Origin: Dudresnaya verticillata
Lineage: Eukaryota
DNA length: 64,000 bases
NCBI GenBank assembly: GCA_977862235.1
Contig: OZ374565.1
Span: forward strand, 2,232,001-2,296,000
Reading direction: 5' to 3'
Made by a program: the position numbers and the translations under genes. The first letter of the stretch is position 1. Each line of letters begins with the position of its first letter. The notes under the pieces are model-generated. The model ran no database searches. It was not told the DNA's origin and saw nothing but the letters and a program-made list of their open reading frames with translations. This document shows positions 59,101-64,000 of this stretch, one piece after another.

Positions 59101-60787
59101 CAGATGTCTTCGACCGCCGGCAGAAGCTGCCCTCCTGGACCCCGCGCAACGGGTGGGGTTTGCGCAGTTGGTACCTCTCGAGTAGCAGGTACCGGTGCAG
59201 GAGGCGGCTCCTGGCTGTCCGGGATTCGTCGCGGGGCTGGCAGGATATCGTCCGCTGGCTCGCCGTCCTCGGGTTGCGTCTCCGTGACCGCGTCCAGAGC
59301 AGGAGACTGTGATGGCGCGGCTACAGTTTCTTCACGGCTCGGTGTCGTCAATTGGTTGGACGGGACGTGGGAGAACGCCGGAGTGCGAGTAGCGGGACAT
59401 GCGCTGCAATTCTTGTACCGCATACTGTACATGCCTTCACTGTTCATGCGGGAGCTACAGTGGGTGGGCATGTACTTGTTGTGAGTCACACAGTACCATA
59501 CTCCATAGTCCAGGAGCTGCTGCTTGAGAGGCTCGATGTCGGTCCTCGTCGGTGGTCCTCGCCTGCCAGGAACATGCATCTTCCGCAGGTGCATGAGTAG
59601 CGCTTCTACAGTAGGCAGTGAGGACGACTGGCAGCCCAGAGGACAGCTGGTACTGTTTGTCGGGCGGTGTTTTGCCGAAGGCATAAAGCATGGAGAGAGC
59701 CATACCTTCGGCATGTCGGGGTGCTGCTGACCAATCATGGTTACAGCGCTGGGTAAGGTACCTGTAAAGGTCCTCTACAGTAGGTTCCCTCGGGGCACAG
59801 ACCTCCTAACCGGGACGCAAGCCTGTCGTCCGTCGTCAGTCTGTTCGGGACACCTCCAGAGGGTGCTACAGGTGGCCTTGCTGCGAGATGAGGGCCTCTT
59901 CGCAGCGTAGGGCGCGAGATCGCGCACTTTGCGCACGAGCTCGCGCAAAAGGGCGCGCGTGTTAGCGTTCGTGCGCGCAGAGTTATCGGACGTTCCCTTC
60001 CCTGCCGCAGCTGAGAAGACTCTCTTCACTGCGGTCCTGTAACGCGCGGTACTTCTCGTTTGCACAAGCTCTCAATGGGGTCGCAGAACCACCGTTTACC
60101 TGTGAGTGCCCACAGGATTTTTGGCCTCCCCCGAAGGTTCGCTGGCAGGACGTTCGCTCGATCTTAGAAGGGGTGGTTTCAAAACAGGATCCACCAGGCT
60201 TAAGCCACGTTACCCCAACTTCGACGTTGCTTGGCACGTTTCTGCGATGAGCTTGTGGGTCACGAGCCGCCTACCACTCAAGGTCGAGGGTCTTTGGCGA
60301 TTCCCACACTTGTAGGTCTCTCGGCACTTCCCGAAGGAAGATTTTACAGGACAAGCCTGGCCTTTACCAATCTGTCAGTTGAAGGGTGTGAAACCCCTCT
60401 GTCGACAGTCCACGGCAGCCTAGACAGAGTCTAGGCTGTGCCGGGTACAAGCAAAACGCGTACAGGGCCAGGGAAAGAAAGATAAGTCAGTGGGGCCCGG
60501 GCAAATTTCAAGGTGAGGGATCACCTTAAAAGTAAGCGCAAAATAGGAAACGCGTGACCGTCGGCGACGACGGCGGCGGCGACGGCGGCGACGACGACGG
60601 CGTCGCGGCGCAGATCGGCGGCGCGGAAAGAGACAAAAGTAGACCGCGCTCGCCCGCCCGCGAAGGTGAAGGGCTGAAAAACCCCGCACCGACGCGCCGT
60701 CAGGCGCTCGAACAGGCGGCACCGCCGCCGAAAAGATCGGTGCAGAACTTGTTGAGATATCCGCGAAACAAAAATTTCGGCAGATCG
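56136..60787 (-). mobile_element. CRE-clade non-LTR retrotransposon, array unit 4 (variant subfamily)
   Basis: Same structure with diagnostic substitutions. 5' end 14 nt shorter. Confidence 0.95.
56250..59738 (-). CDS. CRE-type RT-RLE protein (1162 aa), unit 4
   Basis: Same motifs; intact ORF. Confidence 0.97.
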   Translation of the reverse strand: MIGQQHPDMPKVWLSPCFMPSAKHRPTNSTSCPLGCQSSSLPTVEALLMHLRKMHVPGRRGPPTRTDIEPLKQQLLDYGVWYCVTHNKYMPTHCSSRMNSEGMYSMRYKNCSACPATRTPAFSHVPSNQLTTPSREETVAAPSQSPALDAVTETQPEDGEPADDILPAPRRIPDSQEPPPAPVPATREVPTAQTPPVARGPGGQLLPAVEDICRSHIPMVTHIPSRVRAEVRDALSKTVWAFTNATNSQEATKELTAFLLFPAAVLSNPPAASARASASTSASSIGTFRDRIRRWGLKDYDALWQEALKGSTFREQTAPSAEEQRRINASRALRLAKEGAYSKAAAALDSDGIAPATDSVIQSMKDKHPQSVPQTDADHELDQSEPLPTMPDFVPFTADEVRKAVAKFPRASASGGTGLSPTHLQELLSVPTTHEHTGLLGGLTKMVNVLASGAGPAELSPWIASAPLTALKKRTGGVRPIAVGETIRRLVSSMLMTRVAPKAKAYLEPLQLGVATSGGTEAIVHAVRKLQKSHGHDKSYGLLQVDLKNAFNLVSRKAFMKEVRRHMPELLPWVRYCYDSEGPHLWMGDTLLRSVTGVQQGDPLGPLLFALVLQALIKQLKELTADLRRSGRNQQAEGANNLLLSLFYLDDGVIVAKHAVLRKVLSFFDSEEAKGYGFHLRMDKCTVWWPTAPDPEDCAAYPSDLGQSYGEGTTVLQAPIGTQNYMEESVNGHVESIQPLLDAISGLEDLHVAITLLRNCAGVCRLNYLLRVVPSSATAKGAELFDQKIEACTRKLVGGVLPRDTFRELQLPLRTKEPSFGIGISGAGDMNSSAFLASLSLTRNLLRSILPASVNTALSDDPFAVEAHEAWSAKCHSEDALDLEKIDSDECPRQRDLTRLVLKKVQAELPLGDRRTQAFRASLGVPGAKDWLKCQPAPGMKTYIADRDYRVWLRFYCQIPLLEPDTECPRAGCKKKMDVHGDHLLICPNGMRNSGSPRSWRHDSQVRLLASDLKRATRTPIVEPRPVGAHLDRPDIKALGTEGGTDYLDVTISHPLSSEQRILSCITNPQGTLKNAHADKVRTYRGFIQAAGPGARLVPVPMTTLGGWHPEAHKYMQELADTVASRAMVTRGVSRAALFHRHAARLVQNNVKCLMEGIQQEV

Positions 60788-63700
60788 TACTGAGGTCTGA
60801 GGTGAGTTCAACTTTATAACAGGTGACCATATTCTAATATTTGTCGACGTACAATCTACTGTAGTATCACAACAAAGTTAAACCCCAACTCAAAACAACC
60901 TGCACATCTACACCTCCTGTTGGATCCCTTCCATCAGGCACTTGACGTTGTTCTGCACCAGTCGCGCCGCGTGCCTGTGGAACAGAGCCGCTCGCGAAAC
61001 ACCGCGAGTTACCATGGCCCGAGAAGCCACGGTATCCGCCAACTCTTGCATATACTTGTGCGCCTCCGGGTGCCAGCCACCTAGTGTGGTCATCGGCACC
61101 GGCACAAGCCTTGCCCCCGGTCCGGCAGCCTGGATGAAGCCACGGTAAGTCCGCACCTTGTCAGCGTGGGCGTTCTTCAGCGTCCCTTGCGGGTTTGTTA
61201 TGCAGCTGAGAATGCGTTGTTCTGACGACAGTGGATGACTGATTGTGACGTCCAGGTAGTCCGTTCCTCCTTCTGTTCCAAGCGCCTTGATGTCCGGCCG
61301 ATCCAAGTGAGCCCCCACAGGGCGGGGCTCCACAATCGGGGTGCGTGTCGCACGTTTCAGATCCGAAGCCAGCAGACGAACCTGAGAGTCGTGGCGCCAC
61401 GACCGAGGAGATCCGCTGTTCCGCATGCCGTTCGGACAAATCAGCAGATGGTCGCCGTGAACATCCATCATCTTCTTGCACCCGGCCCGAGGACACTCCG
61501 TGTCGGGTTCCAGCAGTGGAATCCGACAGTAGAATCGAAGCCATACGCGGTAGTCCCGATCCGCAATGTACGTCTTCATGCCTGGTGCCGGCTGGCACTT
61601 GAGCCAGTCCTTGGCGCCCGGCACGCCAAGGGAAGCTCGGAAAGCTTGCGTCCGCCTGTCCCCGAGCGGCAGCTCGGCTTGCACTTTCTTCAGAACCAAC
61701 CGCGTCAAGTCCCGCTGGCGCGGGCACTCGTCGCTGTCGATCTTCTCCAGGTCCAGGGCATCCTCACTATGGCACTTGGCGCTCCAGTCTTCGTGCGCTT
61801 CTACTGCAAAAGGATCGTCAGAAAGAGCAGTGTTCACAGAAGCGGGTAAGATAGAACGCAGTAAGTTGCGGGTCAGTGAAAGGGACGCCAAAAACGCGCT
61901 CGAGTTCATGTCGCCAGCTCCCGAAATACCGATTCCGAAGCTGGGCTCTTTCGTGCGCAGGGGAAGCTGAAGTTCGCGGAAGGTGTCCCTCGGTAGGACT
62001 CCTCCCACGAGCTTGCGCATGCAAGCCTCAATCTTCTGGTCGAAGAGCTCGGCGCCCTTTGCCGTGGCGGATGATGGAACTACTCGCAGCAGGTAGTTCA
62101 GCCGGCAGACTCCGGCACAGTTGCGGAGTAGAGTGATGGCCACGTGTAGGTCTTCTAGTCCCGAAATTGCGTCCAGCAGGGGCTGGATGGACTCGACATG
62201 GCCATTCACGCTCTCCTCCATGTAGTTCTGCGTTCCAATCGGAGCCTGAAGTACTGTAGTGCCTTCTCCGTAGCTCTGCCCAAGATCCGACGGGTAGGCA
62301 GCGCAGTCTTCTGGGTCGGGTGCAGTAGGCCACCAAACAGTACACTTGTCCATGCGCAGGTGGAAGCCATAGCCCTTAGCTTCCTCGGAGTCAAAGAAGG
62401 ACAGAACCTTCCTGAGTACGGCGTGTTTCGCCACGATGACGCCGTCGTCCAGGTAGAACAGTGACAGCAGCAAGTTGTTCGCCCCCTCCGCTTGCTGATT
62501 GCGGCCCGAGCGCCGCAGGTCGGCGGTGAGTTCCTTCAACTGTTTGATCAGTGCCTGCAGCACCAAAGCAAACAGTAACGGCCCGAGCGGGTCACCTTGC
62601 TGTACACCAGTGACACTCCGCAGTAGAGTGTCACCCATCCACAGGTGCGGGCCCTCAGAGTCATAACAGTATCTGACCCACGGTAGTAGTTCAGGCATAT
62701 GTCGGCGGACCTCCTTCATGAATGCTTTGCGGCTGACAAGGTTGAAGGCATTCTTCAAGTCCACTTGTAGCAACCCGTAGGACTTGTCATGGCCGTGAGA
62801 CTTCTGCAGCTTCCGGACCGCGTGTACAATGGCTTCTGTGCCGCCCGAGGTTGCGACCCCGAGCTGAAGCGGTTCGAGGTATGCCTTGGCCTTGGGAGCG
62901 ACTCTGGTCATGAGCATAGAGCTCACGAGTCGTCGGATTGTCTCTCCTACAGCAATGGGGCGGACACCGCCGGTGCGCTTCTTCAGAGCCGTGAGAGGAG
63001 CGCTGGCAATCCAAGGCGACAGCTCCGCAGGTCCTGCGCCGCTGGCCAGCACGTTGACCATTTTGGTGAGCCCGCCAAGCAGGCCCGTGTGCTCGTGAGT
63101 GGTCGGGACTGAGAGCAGTTCCTGCAGATGGGTCGGTGATAGTCCTGTTCCCCCCGAGGCCGAAGCCCGGGGGAACTTGGCCACTGCTTTTCGTACTTCG
63201 TCGGCTGTGAAAGGCACGAAGTCAGGCATGGTCGGCAGCGGTTCGGACTGGTCAAGCTCGTGGTCCGCGTCGGTTTGCGGTACGGACTGCGGGTGCTTGT
63301 CCTTCATGGACTGTATCACAGAGTCTGTGGCTGGGGCGATTCCATCAGAGTCTAGAGCTGCTGCTGCCTTACTGTAGGCGCCCTCCTTTGCAAGGCGAAG
63401 GGCTCGTGAGGCATTGATACGGCGTTGCTCTTCTGCGGAAGGCGCAGTCTGCTCACGGAATGTCGAGCCCTTCAAGGCCTCCTGCCATAGGGCGTCGTAA
63501 TCCTTGAGTCCCCAGCGTCGGATTCGATCGCGGAAGGTGCCGATCGAGGACGCAGAGGTTGACGCGCTGGCCCTTGCACTCGCGGCGGGAGGATTGGACA
63601 AGACGGCTGCTGGAAAAAGCAGGAATGCAGTGAGCTCTTTGGTGGCTTCCTGAGAGTTGGTTGCGTTCGTAAAAGCCCATACCGTCTTGGACAGTGCGTC

Positions 63701-64000
63701 GCGCACCTCGGCGCGGACGCGAGACGGTATATGTGTGACCATAGGGATATGCGAGCGACAGATGTCTTCGACCGCCGGCAGAAGCTGCCCTCCTGGACCC
63801 CGCGCAACGGGTGGGGTTTGCGCAGTTGGTACCTCTCGAGTAGCAGGTACCGGTGCAGGAGGCGGCTCCTGGCTGTCCGGGATTCGTCGCGGGGCTGGCA
63901 GGATATCGTCCGCTGGCTCGCCGTCCTCGGGTTGCGTCTCCGTGACCGCGTCCAGAGCAGGAGACTGTGATGGCGCGGCTACAGTTTCTTCACGGCTCGG
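60788..64000 (-). mobile_element. CRE-clade non-LTR retrotransposon, array unit 5 (runs off the window)
   Basis: Same 3' UTR and ORF; shares variant residues with unit 4. Confidence 0.95.
60908..64000 (-). CDS. CRE-type RT-RLE protein, unit 5 (N-terminus outside window)
   Basis: Same motifs; frame open to the window edge. Confidence 0.95.
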   Translation of the reverse strand, partial: PSREETVAAPSQSPALDAVTETQPEDGEPADDILPAPRRIPDSQEPPPAPVPATREVPTAQTPPVARGPGGQLLPAVEDICRSHIPMVTHIPSRVRAEVRDALSKTVWAFTNATNSQEATKELTAFLLFPAAVLSNPPAASARASASTSASSIGTFRDRIRRWGLKDYDALWQEALKGSTFREQTAPSAEEQRRINASRALRLAKEGAYSKAAAALDSDGIAPATDSVIQSMKDKHPQSVPQTDADHELDQSEPLPTMPDFVPFTADEVRKAVAKFPRASASGGTGLSPTHLQELLSVPTTHEHTGLLGGLTKMVNVLASGAGPAELSPWIASAPLTALKKRTGGVRPIAVGETIRRLVSSMLMTRVAPKAKAYLEPLQLGVATSGGTEAIVHAVRKLQKSHGHDKSYGLLQVDLKNAFNLVSRKAFMKEVRRHMPELLPWVRYCYDSEGPHLWMGDTLLRSVTGVQQGDPLGPLLFALVLQALIKQLKELTADLRRSGRNQQAEGANNLLLSLFYLDDGVIVAKHAVLRKVLSFFDSEEAKGYGFHLRMDKCTVWWPTAPDPEDCAAYPSDLGQSYGEGTTVLQAPIGTQNYMEESVNGHVESIQPLLDAISGLEDLHVAITLLRNCAGVCRLNYLLRVVPSSATAKGAELFDQKIEACMRKLVGGVLPRDTFRELQLPLRTKEPSFGIGISGAGDMNSSAFLASLSLTRNLLRSILPASVNTALSDDPFAVEAHEDWSAKCHSEDALDLEKIDSDECPRQRDLTRLVLKKVQAELPLGDRRTQAFRASLGVPGAKDWLKCQPAPGMKTYIADRDYRVWLRFYCRIPLLEPDTECPRAGCKKMMDVHGDHLLICPNGMRNSGSPRSWRHDSQVRLLASDLKRATRTPIVEPRPVGAHLDRPDIKALGTEGGTDYLDVTISHPLSSEQRILSCITNPQGTLKNAHADKVRTYRGFIQAAGPGARLVPVPMTTLGGWHPEAHKYMQELADTVASRAMVTRGVSRAALFHRHAARLVQNNVKCLMEGIQQEV

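Noticed and set aside
59775..60065. 96-codon frame in phase with the RT ORF, separated by a single TAG (possible readthrough or ORF1)
   Set aside because: Units 1-3 carry a 2-nt indel that breaks this frame, and it has no recognisable motif.
42131..64000. Array as LTR elements, CRISPR or simple satellite
   Set aside because: No LTRs, integrase or protease, and no repeat-spacer structure. The RT and RLE motifs are non-LTR type and the junctions are non-identical.

Overview
Eukaryotic genomic DNA with compact, largely intronless genes. The gene style suggests a florideophyte red alga, but that is inference only. The window has three zones. (1) 1-23 kb is a gene zone: partial metzincin protease, secreted Cys-rich proteins, aquaporin, two ANTH-domain genes in a very GC-rich island, a possible degenerate nucleotide-cyclase-like protein and an M20/PepV-like peptidase. 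(2) 23-42 kb is a decayed, subtelomere-like zone: retroelement relics, a Tc1/Tc3-type DD34E transposon with ~209-bp TIRs, a cytochrome P450, and a ~2.8-kb recent duplication carrying a small secreted-protein gene. (3) 42.1-64 kb is an uninterrupted head-to-tail array of at least five intact ~4.66-kb CRE-clade non-LTR retrotransposons (RT plus restriction-like endonuclease), all with their 3' ends facing the gene zone. The units have no poly(A), target-site duplication or spacer. Every junction differs: 0-14 nt are lost from one unit's 5' end, the next unit has a variable (N)CTGAG-type 3' tail, and the join shows 1-3 nt of microhomology. The copies fall into distinct sequence variants. This fits serial reverse transcription onto a DNA end, i.e. 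a candidate retrotransposon-built telomere analogous to Drosophila HeT-A/TART. The terminal position itself cannot be seen in this window.
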